This document shows, in pieces, positions 8,878-19,250 of a stretch of 64,000 bases of DNA. The translations under genes were made by a program, and so were the position numbers. The notes below the pieces were generated by a model. The model saw nothing but the letters and a program-made list of their open reading frames with translations, searched no databases and was not told where the DNA came from. Positions within the stretch are counted from its first letter, which is position 1. Each line of letters begins with the position of its first letter. Origin of the DNA: Geobacter sp. (GTDB taxonomy: Bacteria > Desulfobacterota > Desulfuromonadia > Geobacterales > Geobacteraceae); NCBI GenBank assembly GCA_003314535.1, contig POSG01000012.1, positions 5,825 to 69,824 of the forward strand. The letters run 5' to 3'.

Positions 8878-9499
8878 GATAGAAACCTCCTGGATAGCAT
8901 GAAATTTAAAGAAAGAAGACGTCACGGGCATCATCTGTTTCCCAAACAGCATATCCTACAGAAGCAAGAGATTCTTGATGAAAAAGAGGAAGGTGACAGT
9001 TCCCCCCCTTACCTGATGGAGTGGGATAAAAGAGGGTTTCCGAACAGGCAATAGCTGGCGCAGTAAATGTTGCGGGCGGGAGACCTATGTCATGGCTGCA
9101 CGTTATATACCACACGGTATATCACTTGTAAAAGGAATATTTCAAACACCGTCTAGGCAGCTTATCGTTTTGTTCATATTGCCTTTGCGCAGGGTGCTCC
9201 TTTCCATTTCAGACAGCAGATCGCCGATTTCATCCATTTCGATTCCCGCCAATTATTCGCACCTTCCGAACAGAATCCACTTCACCACAGCTCCATATCC
9301 GGCTGTCAGAAAAAGTTCTAACCCCATCTCTTTTTCAATCGCGAAAATGCTTTTCATAGAAGCAGACACAGTTGTCGCATTTTAATTATACTATATCAAT
9401 GTCATATTGACATCACACTGCAGCGCGATATTCTCTAATCATTGGTAAAGGCGGCATTTTTTCAACCAGACGACTCTTCGTAACCAAGGAGGCTTGGCC

Positions 9500-12400
9500 A
9501 TGAAGGTTACACGTAGACAGTTCCTCAAAATTTCCGCCGCCGGCCTGGGCAGCTCCAGTATCGCGGCGCTGGGCTTCTCAGCTGCCGAGGCACAGTCGGA
9601 TGTACGCGCGTTCAAGCTGGCCCGCAGCACCGAGACCATCAACACCTGCCCGTACTGCTCGGTGAGTTGCGGCCTGATTATGCACAGCATGGGGGACAAG
9701 GCGAAGAACAACCAGATGTCCATTTTCCACATCGAGGGAGACCCGGACCATCCGGTGAACCGCGGCACCCTGTGCCCGAAGGGCGCGGGCCTGGTGGACT
9801 TCGTCCACAGCCCTGACCGGCTGAAATATCCCGAGTACCGCGCTCCGGGATCCAGCGAATGGAAACGCATTTCCTGGGACGAGGCGCTTTCCCGCGTTGC
9901 ATGGCTCATGAAGGACGACCGGGACAAAAACTTCATCGCCAGGAACGCCGCCGGCGCCACGGTCAACCGCTGGACGACCACCAGCTTTCTCGCCGCGTCC
10001 GCCTCCAGCAACGAGACCGGCTGGCTTACCCACAAGGTCGTGCGCAGCACCGGCATGCTGGGATTCGACAACCAGGCCCGGGTCTGACACGGCCCCACGG
10101 TGGCCAGTTTGGCCCCCACGTTCGGCCGCGGCGCGATGACCAACCACTGGGTGGACATCAAGAACGCCAACGTCATCATCGTCATGGGCGGCAATGCAGC
10201 CGAAGCGCACCCCTGCGGCTTCAAATGGGTTACCGAGGCCAAGGTCCACAACCATGCCACGTTCATCGTGGTGGACCCCCGCTTCACCCGTTCGGCGTCG
10301 GTCGCGGACCTCTACGCGCCGATCCGCACGGGCACTGACATTGCTTTCCTGGGCGGAGTGATCAACTACCTCCTTTCCCGCGACAGGATCCAGCACGAAT
10401 ACGTCAAGGCATACACCAACGCATCCCTCATCGTGAGCGAAGGGTACCGGTTCGATGACGGCCTGTTTTCCGGCTACGACGCGCCGAACCGCACGTACGA
10501 CCGCAGCACCTGGGTCTACGAGATGGGGCCTGACGGCTTTGCCAGGATCGACGAGACCCTTCAGCATCCCCGCTGCGTGCTCAACCTCATGAAGCAGCAC
10601 TATTCCCGCTATACCCCGGAGATGGTAAGCGACATTTGCGGCACGCCGAAGGAGCAGTTCCTCCGGATCTGCGAACTACTCGCCTCCACATCCGTCCCCA
10701 ACCGCACCGCAACGTTCATGTATGCACTGGGGTGGACACAGCATTCGGTGGGCGCCCAGATGATCCGTACCGCGGCGATGGTTCAGCTTCTCCTCGGCAA
10801 CGTCGGCATGCCGGGAGGGGGCGTCAACGCATTGCGCGGCCATTCCAATATCCAGGGGCTGACCGACCTGGGCCTTCTCTCCAACCTCCTCCCAGGGTAC
10901 CTGACGCTGGCCAACGAAAAGGAGACCAGCTACCGCGCTTACCTGGACAAGCGCACCCCGAAGCCCTTGCGGCCCAACCAGTTCAACTACTGGTCCAACT
11001 ATCCGAAGTTCCACGTCAGCCTGATGAAGTCCTGGTGGGGCGACAAGGCGACCAGCGACAACGACTGGTGCTTCGACTGGCTCCCCAAGCTGGACGTGGA
11101 GTACGATATCATGCGCCAGTTCGAACTGATGGGACAGGGGAAGATGAACGGCTACATCTGCCAGGGATTCAATCCCCTGGCTGCGATACCCGACAAGGCC
11201 AAGCTCATGAAGGCCCTGTCCAAACTCAAGTACCTGGTGGTGATCGATCCGCTGGCCACCGAAACCTCGTGCTTCTGGGAGAACCACGGCGAACTCAACG
11301 ACGTGAAGAGTTCCGCTATCAGGACCGAGGTGATCCGCCTCCCCTCCACCTGTTTCGCCGAGGAAAACGGGTCGCTGACCAACAGCGGGCGGTGGCTGCA
11401 ATGGCACTACCAGGGCGCTCCGCCGCCGGGGGACGCCTGGCCTGACGCTGACATCATGGCCGGCATCTTCCTCAGGCTGCGGGAGCTGTACCGGAAGGAA
11501 GGTGGCGCCTTCCCCGATCCGATCCTGAACCTCACCTGGGACTACAGGATCCCCCACGCACCCGCACCCGAAGAACTGGCCAGGGAGTACAACGGCAAGG
11601 CGCTGGCGGATCTCGCCGATCCCAAGGACCCGACCAGGGTGATGGTGAAGAAAGGCCAGCAGCTGGACGGCTACGGCCAGCTCAAGGACGACGGCTCCAC
11701 CGCCTGCGGCTGCTGGCTCTTTTCGGGCTCCTGGACCGAGAAGGGGAACATGATGGCGCGGCGGGACAACTCCGACCCCTCGGGGCTGGGCAACACCCCC
11801 AACTGGGCCTTCTCCTGGCCGGCGAACCGCCGGATCATGTACAACCGGGCTTCCTGCGACCCCCAGGGCCGGCCCTGGGACCCGAACCGGGGGCTGGTCT
11901 GGTGGAACGGCGCCGCGTGGACCGGTGCGGACGTGCCCGACTTCAAGCCCGACTCGCCTCCGGGCGAGGGGATGAATCCCTTCATCATGCAGCCCGAGGG
12001 AGTGGGAAGGCTGTTCGCCCTGGACAAGATGGCGGAAGGCCCACTTCCCGAGCACTACGAGCCGTTCGAATCCCCCATCGGCGCCAATCCCCTGCACCCG
12101 AAGGTGATCAGCAACCCGGCGGCGCGCGTGTTCAAGGATGATTGGGAGTCATTCGGGACCGATAAGGACTACCCCTATGCGGCCACCACCTACCGGCTCA
12201 CCGAGCACTTCCATTTCTGGACCAAGCACACCCGGCTCTCTTCCATCATGCAGCCCGAGCAGTTCGTGGAAATCAGCGAGGAACTGGCCAAAGAAAAGGG
12301 GATCAGGGCAGGCGACAGGGTCAAGGTGTGGTCCAAGCGCGGCCACATCATGGCGGTTGCGGTGGTGACCAGGCGCATAAAGCCCCTCAAGGTGGGCGGC

Positions 12401-12556
12401 AAAACGGTTCATCACGTGGGGATCCCGCTCCATTGGGGTTTCAAGGGCGTTGCCAGGGGCGGCTATCTGACCAACACCCTGACGCCGTTCGTGGGGGACG
12501 CCAATTCCCAGACGCCGGAATTCAAGTCCTTCATCGTCAACATCGAGAAGGCTTAG
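9500..12556 (+). CDS. fdnG: Formate dehydrogenase-N type alpha subunit, selenocysteine-containing (in-frame TGA at 10085-10087)
   Basis: Twin-arginine signal ([14 protein letters not shown]) and an N-terminal CxxCxxC...C FeS motif. The two track ORFs (9494..10087 and 10100..12556) are in the same frame. The junction reads [21 protein letters not shown], which is the conserved Sec context of FdnG/FdoG. AAGGAGG lies 8 nt before the ATG at 9500. Confidence 0.92.
10085..10135 (+). promoter_or_regulatory. Sec UGA codon plus putative downstream bacterial SECIS hairpin
   Basis: The UGA is followed by CACGGCCCCACGGUGGCCAGUUUGGCCCCCACG. GGUGGCC and GGCCCCC can pair around an AGUUU loop. No folding was computed. 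Confidence 0.4.
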
Positions 12557-12566
12557 GAGGTGGATC

Positions 12567-13454
12567 ATGGCTCTTCAATCGCTCGACATAACCCGCCGCT
12601 CCGCCACGACCACCCGCCCGCCGAGCCAGCGCCGGACCCCGGAGGTTGCCAAGCTGATCGACGTCAGCAAGTGCATCGGCTGCAAGGCCTGCCAGGTAGC
12701 GTGCATGGAATGGAACGACACCCGTGACGCCGTGGGCACCAACCAAGGCGTACTCGACAACCCCCCCGACCTGACGGAAAACTCGTGGACGGTGATGCGC
12801 TATGCCGAGGTGGAAACCGGTCGGGGACTTGAGTGGCTGATACGTAAGGACGGCTGCATGCACTGCACCGATCCGGGCTGCCTCAAGGCCTGCCCGGCCC
12901 CCGGCGCCATCGTGCAGTACTCGAACGGCATCGTGGATTTCCAGGAGGAACACTGCATCGGCTGCGGTTACTGCATCACCGGCTGCCCGTTCAACATCCC
13001 GCGCCTGTCGAAAAAGGACAGCAAGGTCTACAAGTGCACCCTCTGCTCGGACCGGGTGGCGGCGGGACTTGAGCCGGCCTGCGTCAAGACCTGCCCCACC
13101 GGCGCCATAGTTTTCGGGACCAAGGAGGACATGAAGCATCATGCGGCAGGTCGCATCGCCGATCTCAGGGAACGGGGATTCGCCGGTGCCGGCCTCTATG
13201 ATCCGCCCGGAGTGGATGGCACCCACGTGATGTACGTGCTGCACCATGCGGACAGGCCGGAACTCTACAACGGCCTTCGCAAAGATCCCTCCATCGGCGC
13301 GATGGTCGGCCTCTGGAAGGGCGCGGCCAAACCCCTGGCCTCCCTGGCTCTCGCCCTGGCAGCCGTCGGCGCGTTTTTCCACTACGTGATCAAGGGCCCC
13401 AACGAGGTCCCGAAAGAGATCGAGAAGGAGTTCGAGGATGAAAAACGATCCTGA
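12567..13454 (+). CDS. fdnH: Formate dehydrogenase beta (4x[4Fe-4S]) subunit with a C-terminal membrane anchor
   Basis: Several CxxCxxCxxxCP ferredoxin motifs ([30 protein letters not shown]...CVKTCP). AGGAGG lies upstream of the ATG. Confidence 0.9.
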   Translation: MALQSLDITRRSATTTRPPSQRRTPEVAKLIDVSKCIGCKACQVACMEWNDTRDAVGTNQGVLDNPPDLTENSWTVMRYAEVETGRGLEWLIRKDGCMHCTDPGCLKACPAPGAIVQYSNGIVDFQEEHCIGCGYCITGCPFNIPRLSKKDSKVYKCTLCSDRVAAGLEPACVKTCPTGAIVFGTKEDMKHHAAGRIADLRERGFAGAGLYDPPGVDGTHVMYVLHHADRPELYNGLRKDPSIGAMVGLWKGAAKPLASLALALAAVGAFFHYVIKGPNEVPKEIEKEFEDEKRS

Positions 13455-14070
13455 CAGACTACCCCGTTACACTGCTTCCGAGCGCGCCAACCACTGGCTG
13501 GTCGCGCTCACCTTCTTCCTGGCGGCGCTTTCCGGGCTGGCGTTTTTTCATCCCGTCTTCTATCCTTTGGGCCAGCTGTTCGGCGGCGGCGTGTGGGCGC
13601 GCATCCTCCACCCCTTCTTCGGGGTGGCGATTCTCTTCTTTTTCAGCAGCATGTATCTCAGGTTCCGGAAACTCTGCGTCATGACTCCGGCCGACTGGGA
13701 TTGGCTGCGTCATGTCCGGGAGATGATACGGGGCGACGACCGCGACATGCCCGAATCGGGCAAGCTGAACGGCGGCCAGAAACTGCTGTTCTGGCTGCTG
13801 GCGGCATGCATGGCGCTGCTCGTTCTGTCCGGCATCGTTATCTGGCGCGCTTATTTCTCGCCCCTGTTCCCCGAGGGCCTGATCCGTTTCGCTGCCATCG
13901 TGCACGCCGCTGCGGGAGTGTTTATGGTCGGCCTGATATTCGGCCACATCTACATCGCAATCTGGACCAGGGAGAGCATTGACGCGATGATATACGGCAA
14001 AGTCAGGAGAGCCTGGGCGAAACAGCACCACCCCGCATGGTTCAGGGAGATGACCGGAGAGAATAAATGA
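13438..14070 (+). CDS. fdnI: Formate dehydrogenase gamma subunit (cytochrome b556)
   Basis: [20 protein letters not shown]-terminus, four predicted TM helices with conserved His residues, and a 17-nt overlap with fdnH. Confidence 0.85.
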   Translation: MKNDPDRLPRYTASERANHWLVALTFFLAALSGLAFFHPVFYPLGQLFGGGVWARILHPFFGVAILFFFSSMYLRFRKLCVMTPADWDWLRHVREMIRGDDRDMPESGKLNGGQKLLFWLLAACMALLVLSGIVIWRAYFSPLFPEGLIRFAAIVHAAAGVFMVGLIFGHIYIAIWTRESIDAMIYGKVRRAWAKQHHPAWFREMTGENK

Positions 14071-15017
14071 ACAGCGAGCCCCCCATCGTCGAACCGGACA
14101 GGCCAGCCCCCCCGGCCGGGGAGATCCGTCTCCTCTTCCTTCCCGACCGGGACCTGTTCGCGGCCCGCGCCGAGCGCTTCCGCTTTCTGTCTAAAGACCA
14201 TCCCCTGGGGAATTACCTGGCTTTCCTGGCAGATCTCGCAGAGGCTCAGCAGGAAGCCCTGGACCTGTTCCCGCAACTGCCCTTGTCCGCCCCCCGGGAA
14301 CAGGCGCTCTGCCGCGAGCACGTCATGCCGCTTTTAGCCGCTCGCACCTTGCCCAGGAACCCTGTATGGCGAGAGGGATTGGCATCGATCCTGCGGCAGA
14401 TGAAGGATGCCTCGCTGCCAACGGCTACACTGGAAACTGTCGCAGGCCTGATGCTTGAGGGGGAAGCCGGGATCGAGGAATTGGCGGACAGGGTCCTGGC
14501 AGGGGATCCGGCCGACATCCCACCCCAAAAGCTCCCTTTCATTTCCGCAGCCTTGCAGGTCTATTGGGTGCACATGGCGTCATCCCTGCGGGAGCAGTCG
14601 TTCAACAGACAGGAAAAATGGGGGCTATGCCCGGTTTGCGGATCACACCCCGTTGCCGGTATCGTGCAAAGTGGCGGGACGGGGCATGGATTACGCTACC
14701 TTTGCTGCTCACTGTGCGCTTCCCGATGGCACATGGTGCGGATAAAGTGCAGCAACTGCGGTTCCAGCGATGGAATCGACTATTACTCGCTGGATGGGTC
14801 GAACGGCTCGGTCAAGGCGGAGAGCTGCGAGAAATGCCGTGCCTACCTGAAACTTCTGTACCTGGACAAGGACGGCAGCATGGAACCGATGGCCGACGAC
14901 CTGGCCACGATTCCACTCGACATCCTGATGGAGCAGGAAGGAATGGCCCGCGCGGGTCTGAACCCGTATTTTCATCCCGGCAGGTCGGGCGCTCATTCGG
15001 CGACTTCGGCGGAGTAA
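14067..15017 (+). CDS. fdhE: Formate dehydrogenase accessory protein FdhE
   Basis: Paired CxxC motifs (CPVCGS, CSLCAS, CSNCGS, CEKCRAY) typical of FdhE. ATGA start/stop overlap with fdnI. Confidence 0.85.
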   Translation: MNSEPPIVEPDRPAPPAGEIRLLFLPDRDLFAARAERFRFLSKDHPLGNYLAFLADLAEAQQEALDLFPQLPLSAPREQALCREHVMPLLAARTLPRNPVWREGLASILRQMKDASLPTATLETVAGLMLEGEAGIEELADRVLAGDPADIPPQKLPFISAALQVYWVHMASSLREQSFNRQEKWGLCPVCGSHPVAGIVQSGGTGHGLRYLCCSLCASRWHMVRIKCSNCGSSDGIDYYSLDGSNGSVKAESCEKCRAYLKLLYLDKDGSMEPMADDLATIPLDILMEQEGMARAGLNPYFHPGRSGAHSATSAE

Positions 15018-15075
15018 CCGAGCAGGCGTCAAGGCCGGTCAACGCCAGGAAACAGGGCAATTTGGATCCTGGTGT

Positions 15076-16989
15076 TTACTGGGCCTGCTTCATGGCTCTC
15101 ACGATGCCTTCCAGAACGGCCAGTTCCCGTTCAGTCAGTCTCCGGTCGCGGTAAAGCGCACCGTACCGGACATCGGCGAATCTGCGGATATCCGCATCGC
15201 CGGTCACATCCGCAAGCTCCAGCAGCCCCGTGGAGGGGGTAACGGCGATTCGGGGATGCCGTTTCACGACCGACCGCAGGAATTTACGGACCATCCTCTC
15301 CTCGCGCGAGTCCCATCTCCGGAATCTCCAGGCGAAAAACACAGCCAGGGCAACCCCCGGCACGAGCAGCGCCAAAACTGCCTCCCGTAATCCGTAGGGA
15401 AATGACAGCTTGCGAAGCGCCGACCCGGTAGCATTTACCAGGCGGAACTGCTTGTCCAGGTCATAGGCAATGACCGCCTGGTTCCAGTAATAGCTGAAGG
15501 TGTCGGCAATCAGCCTTGCTTTTCCCATAAGGCCCTGTCGGCCGGATTCTCCCCCACCGCTGAAACCGGCGGCAAACGTGCTCGGGTCCCTCCTGACCCA
15601 TCCGGCGCCCTCCAGGAAAACCTCGACCCATACATGCGCCATGCTTTCGGTAACCAGGTAATACCCGCCGAGCTCGTTGAACTCACCGCCGTAGTAACCG
15701 CCGACAAGCCGCGAGGGAATGCCCGCCGTCCTGAGAAGCAGGGCAAAGGACGAGGCGAAGTATTCGCAGTTCCCGGCCTTTTTCTCGAACAGGAATTCAT
15801 CGATGGGATCGACGGCCTTGGGAAGATCACGCTTTGCATATCGGAAGCCGGCAGAATGGAAATAACCTTCCAGCAGGGAAAGCCTCTCCCTGTCAGTTCC
15901 GCCCCGCTCAGCAATGGATCTCCCCAGGGCCAGGACGCGTGGTGACAGCCTTTCCGGCAGCTTAAGATAAAACTTCCGGTCGATTCCGCCTCCAGTCTCG
16001 ATGGAGCTACGCACCGAGGACGCCGTATCATATTTCAGCCTGCCGCCGGAAGCGCCCCTTTTTCTGAAAACAAGATCAGAACTCTTTTCCAGCCGGGCGC
16101 CGCTCACGCTCCACGGGACATCGAGCGCCACAAGATACGGGCTTCCCGTCGTTTCGGGAAATACGGTCTGCCGTATCATCGCCACGGCTTTGGGCGGTCG
16201 GGGTTCCCCCTCCGCAACATCTGACCGCACCCAGGCGTTGCCGCGCGGCATGTTCAACACGACACCCCGCCAGTAGAGGTCGCCGCTGGAAAGCTTTCTG
16301 CTCTGCGCACGCAGGACCGGGGATGCGGCCTCTCCCACGTTTGAAGCGGAGCCGGGTTCCACCCGTTCGCTCAGACCGGCAGTTTTTTCACCGGAAGGGG
16401 CGAGAAAGTCCCACAGCGGAAGCTGGGGACGGGGAAGTATGATGAAGAACAGCAATATCAGGGGTACCGATGCCGCGGGCATGGCCACCGCCACCAGGGC
16501 CACCCGCCTCATGCCCCTGCGGGTCAGCGTCAACCGGCTGTCCACGGCAAAGAACGTCAGGAGTACGAGGGAGACGGCTATGGAAAGCAGCAGCAGGACC
16601 AGGTACAGGAGAAACACACCGCTCAGGCTGAAGGCTGACGAAGCGGCAAGGGCAAACAGGGAAAGGGCATAGATCTGCAGGTAGTTGCGGGGGATTTTCT
16701 CGCCCGCCAACCGGATCGAAAGGAGCGCTACCAGGAGGTTGGCGGCCGGTTCCACTACGTTGTCGCGGGAGAACTGGAGCGCATAGTAGACGAAAAAGAT
16801 CCCCGTCAGGACAGTTGCCCGCCACCCTCTCAGGGGCGGGAGGCCTTTCCAGGTGCAAAAAGAGACGAAAACCAGCGCGGCCGGAAAGATGAACCGGGGG
16901 ATCATGCCCAGGTAGGGAAACAGGGGCGCCGTGCCCAAAATGCCGGTCAGCACAGCCAGGATATCGAGAGCTGTCTTAACGGGCACCAT
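15076..16989 (-). CDS. Transglutaminase-like membrane protein (DUF3488 + transglutaminase core; TgpA-like)
   Basis: Multi-TM N-terminal half. Transglutaminase Cys motif GNCEYFASSFALLLRTAGIPSRLVGGY. Confidence 0.8.
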   Translation of the reverse strand: MVPVKTALDILAVLTGILGTAPLFPYLGMIPRFIFPAALVFVSFCTWKGLPPLRGWRATVLTGIFFVYYALQFSRDNVVEPAANLLVALLSIRLAGEKIPRNYLQIYALSLFALAASSAFSLSGVFLLYLVLLLLSIAVSLVLLTFFAVDSRLTLTRRGMRRVALVAVAMPAASVPLILLFFIILPRPQLPLWDFLAPSGEKTAGLSERVEPGSASNVGEAASPVLRAQSRKLSSGDLYWRGVVLNMPRGNAWVRSDVAEGEPRPPKAVAMIRQTVFPETTGSPYLVALDVPWSVSGARLEKSSDLVFRKRGASGGRLKYDTASSVRSSIETGGGIDRKFYLKLPERLSPRVLALGRSIAERGGTDRERLSLLEGYFHSAGFRYAKRDLPKAVDPIDEFLFEKKAGNCEYFASSFALLLRTAGIPSRLVGGYYGGEFNELGGYYLVTESMAHVWVEVFLEGAGWVRRDPSTFAAGFSGGGESGRQGLMGKARLIADTFSYYWNQAVIAYDLDKQFRLVNATGSALRKLSFPYGLREAVLALLVPGVALAVFFAWRFRRWDSREERMVRKFLRSVVKRHPRIAVTPSTGLLELADVTGDADIRRFADVRYGALYRDRRLTERELAVLEGIVRAMKQAQ

Positions 16990-17842
16990 AAACTGCCAGC
17001 TCCTTCAAAAGGCGCAGCCGGTGCGCACGTGTCAGGTCGGGCAGGACAACCCTGGCGCCGAACTTCAGCCCGACCGGCCGGTTTGCGCGGACAGCCCGGT
17101 TGACCAGGTAGGCCGCACAGGACAGGTTTTCCTCCAGGCCACCCCCGGGAAGGGAAAGGACGTCGATGACCAGGGGGTCTTCGGATGGCATGGCCATCTC
17201 CTTGACCTTCAGCTCCCCGTGGCGTGCGGAAAGCCGCCAGTGAATCAGCTTCAGCGGGTCACTCCCCGTGTAGTCGCGGATCGACGTCAACTCACCAGCA
17301 AACCCCTTTCGCCGTGAAAAGTCCTCTCCCCGCGCTTCCCTCTTCCCGTCGCCGCCCTGCGGCAAACACTCCCGGGGATAAGGGAACACGGTAAATGCTG
17401 CGAAGACCGCGACGCTCCTGCGCCTGACAAAGAAATTGATGGGAAATGGAGAGGAAACCGTAACCTCTTCCAGCAGCTTCGCGCCCCTGCCGTGAAATGT
17501 GAGCGTGACGGCATCCGAATCGGAGCTGCCCCGCTCCACGAGGGGGAACCGGGCTCCCTCGCCCGAGACCCGGACAGTGAGCAGAAAGGCCGGCAGGAAG
17601 CGTTTCCGGTTCACCAGCCGGACAGTTACGAGAGTATCCGTCCCGTCGTAGATCTCGTCGGGAAGGGCGACCGTCACCCCCACTTTGCGGAGGTTCAGCC
17701 AGCCGAGACAGCCGGAAACCGCCATGAACCCAAGGAGCGACGAAACGATGAGGAACAGCAGGTTGTTGCCGGTGTTTACCGCGGCAAACCCCAGGAGCAG
17801 CGTGATGGCGATATACCAGAACCCGGCCTTGGTAATCCTCAG
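16976..17842 (-). CDS. DUF58 domain protein; probable non-canonical CTG (or ATT at 17836) start
   Basis: The track ORF starts at ATG 17725, but the frame stays open upstream. That extension encodes RITKAGFWYIAITLLLGFAAVNTGNNLLFLIVSSLLGF, the typical DUF58 N-terminal TM hairpin. No ATG, GTG or TTG is available there. A CTG at 17842 overlaps the moxR stop as CTGA. Confidence 0.6.
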   Translation of the reverse strand: MRITKAGFWYIAITLLLGFAAVNTGNNLLFLIVSSLLGFMAVSGCLGWLNLRKVGVTVALPDEIYDGTDTLVTVRLVNRKRFLPAFLLTVRVSGEGARFPLVERGSSDSDAVTLTFHGRGAKLLEEVTVSSPFPINFFVRRRSVAVFAAFTVFPYPRECLPQGGDGKREARGEDFSRRKGFAGELTSIRDYTGSDPLKLIHWRLSARHGELKVKEMAMPSEDPLVIDVLSLPGGGLEENLSCAAYLVNRAVRANRPVGLKFGARVVLPDLTRAHRLRLLKELAVYGAR

Positions 17843-18780
17843 ACCATGGGAATCTCGATATTTTTGAGCACGGACTGGAATAGGTCCTCCTTGTCCAGGG
17901 CTTCGTGTTCCGGCCGCAGGATCAGCCGGTGCGCCCCGACGGGCAGGGCCACGGCCTTCACATCCTCGGGAATGACGAAATCCCGCCCTTCCAGGTAGGC
18001 ATGGGCCTGTGCCGCTTCGGCCAGGTTTATCCCTCCCCGCGTGGAAATACCGGTCAGGATGAAGGGGTGGTTCCGGGTTGCGGCAACGATGGAGAAGATA
18101 TACCCGACAATCTTTTCGGAAAGCAGGACCCGCTCCTTCACGGCCTTGCGGGCTTCGACGATATCATCGAGCCCCACAAGCGGGGTCAGGTCCCTGATCC
18201 GGTCGCGGATGCTCCCCCCCTTTATGATCGCCTTTTCGATGTCCACCGGCGGATACCCCACACCGGTCCGGATGAGGAAACGATCCATCTGGGACTCCGG
18301 CAGGGGGTAGGTCCCGACCTGCTCCGCCGGGTTCTGGGTGGCGATCACCAGGAACGGGGAGGGCAGCTGATAAGTGACCCCCTCTACAGTCACCCGCCGC
18401 TCTTCCATGGCCTCCAGCAGGGCGCTCTGGGTCTTGGGCATGGCGCGGTTGATCTCGTCCACCAGCACCAGGTTGTTGAAAACGGGGCCGCGCAGGAAAG
18501 TGAATTTCCCCTCTTCGCGGTTGAAGATGGAAAGCCCGGTGATATCAGACGGCAGCAGGTCGCTGGTGCACTGGAGGCGGCCGAACGTCATGCCCAGCAC
18601 CCCTGATAGCGCCAGGGCGAGGGTCGTCTTGCCCAAGCCCGGGATGTCCTCCAGCAGGATGTGCCCTCCGGATAGCAAGGCGATCATGGACAGCTTGACG
18701 GCCCGTATCTTTCCGCGCAGGTAACGGCCCGTCAGGGTTTCAATGACATGCAGCATCTCGTCGCGCTTCGGCAGGCTCAT
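17839..18780 (-). CDS. MoxR-like AAA+ ATPase
   Basis: Walker A in LLEDIPGLGKTTLALAL and Walker B in LVDEINRA. Start chosen at the ATG 18780, which has a GGAAG-type SD. The ORF is open to 18825. Confidence 0.88.
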   Translation of the reverse strand: MSLPKRDEMLHVIETLTGRYLRGKIRAVKLSMIALLSGGHILLEDIPGLGKTTLALALSGVLGMTFGRLQCTSDLLPSDITGLSIFNREEGKFTFLRGPVFNNLVLVDEINRAMPKTQSALLEAMEERRVTVEGVTYQLPSPFLVIATQNPAEQVGTYPLPESQMDRFLIRTGVGYPPVDIEKAIIKGGSIRDRIRDLTPLVGLDDIVEARKAVKERVLLSEKIVGYIFSIVAATRNHPFILTGISTRGGINLAEAAQAHAYLEGRDFVIPEDVKAVALPVGAHRLILRPEHEALDKEDLFQSVLKNIEIPMV

Positions 18781-19060
18781 GTTTCTTCCTTTGGACTGGG
18801 TTCCGGATGAGTATTCATGTAACAATTATCCCCTGCAGGTAATCTGCTCCTAAAATACAATAACATATCTTGCCTCTGTTTCTTACTAAGGATCGGATAT
18901 GGGCTCAATATAATGGACAGCTTCCCAAAAAACAATTACCCCTGATCACGGCAACTTCGAGGTTCGCCTCTTCAGGCCCACAAAACCTGTGCACTCTTTT
19001 CAGGACATGATCCCCTAGAATACGGAAACCCGTTCTTCCATCACGACGATACCATGAGTA

Positions 19061-19089
19061 TTGACATGGAAGCTTTCTCTTGGTATGTT
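19061..19089 (+). promoter_or_regulatory. Sigma70-type promoter of the ilv leader (TTGACA-17 nt-TATGTT)
   Basis: Perfect -35 hexamer at 19061-19066, a 17-nt spacer, and TATGTT at 19084-19089. Confidence 0.5.
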
Positions 19090-19112
19090 TTGTTTATGGA
19101 GAGTGAAATTAT

Positions 19113-19175
19113 ATGCCAAGTTGTTTACTAACAATAAATGCAGTATCTGTAGCCGTCGTAGTCGTCACTCTGTGA
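19113..19175 (+). CDS. Val-rich leader peptide MPSCLLTINAVSVAVVVVTL (20 aa)
   Basis: ATG with GGAG 11 nt upstream. Six Val codons including four in a row, plus 3 Leu and 1 Ile. Lies between the promoter and a terminator, directly upstream of acetolactate synthase. Confidence 0.55.
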   Translation: MPSCLLTINAVSVAVVVVTL

Positions 19176-19220
19176 CGGCTCGTCGCAAAACCGGAACCGG
19201 AACTGAACGGTTCAATGGGA

Positions 19221-19250
19221 AGCGCGGGCCAAACCCGCGCTTTCTTTTCC
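19221..19250 (+). terminator. Intrinsic terminator (attenuator) AGCGCGGG-CCAAA-CCCGCGCT followed by TTCTTTTCC
   Basis: 8-bp GC stem plus a U-rich tail, 95 nt upstream of the ilvB-like start. Flanked by alternative hairpins at 19151-19180 and 19262-19300. Confidence 0.6.

Noticed and set aside
9130-9400. A possible degraded LysR-type regulator on the minus strand. The short frames encode ...IFAIEKEMGLELFLTAGYG..., reminiscent of the LysR LEEELGVxLF helix.
   Set aside because: Only a ~20-aa resemblance, interrupted by stops. That is too weak to call a pseudogene without a database alignment.
9494-12556. Reading the two track ORFs (9494..10087 and 10100..12556) as a split or pseudogenised formate dehydrogenase.
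   Set aside because: The two are in the same frame and are joined by a single TGA inside the conserved NQARV-U-HGPTVA active-site context. This is a selenocysteine codon.
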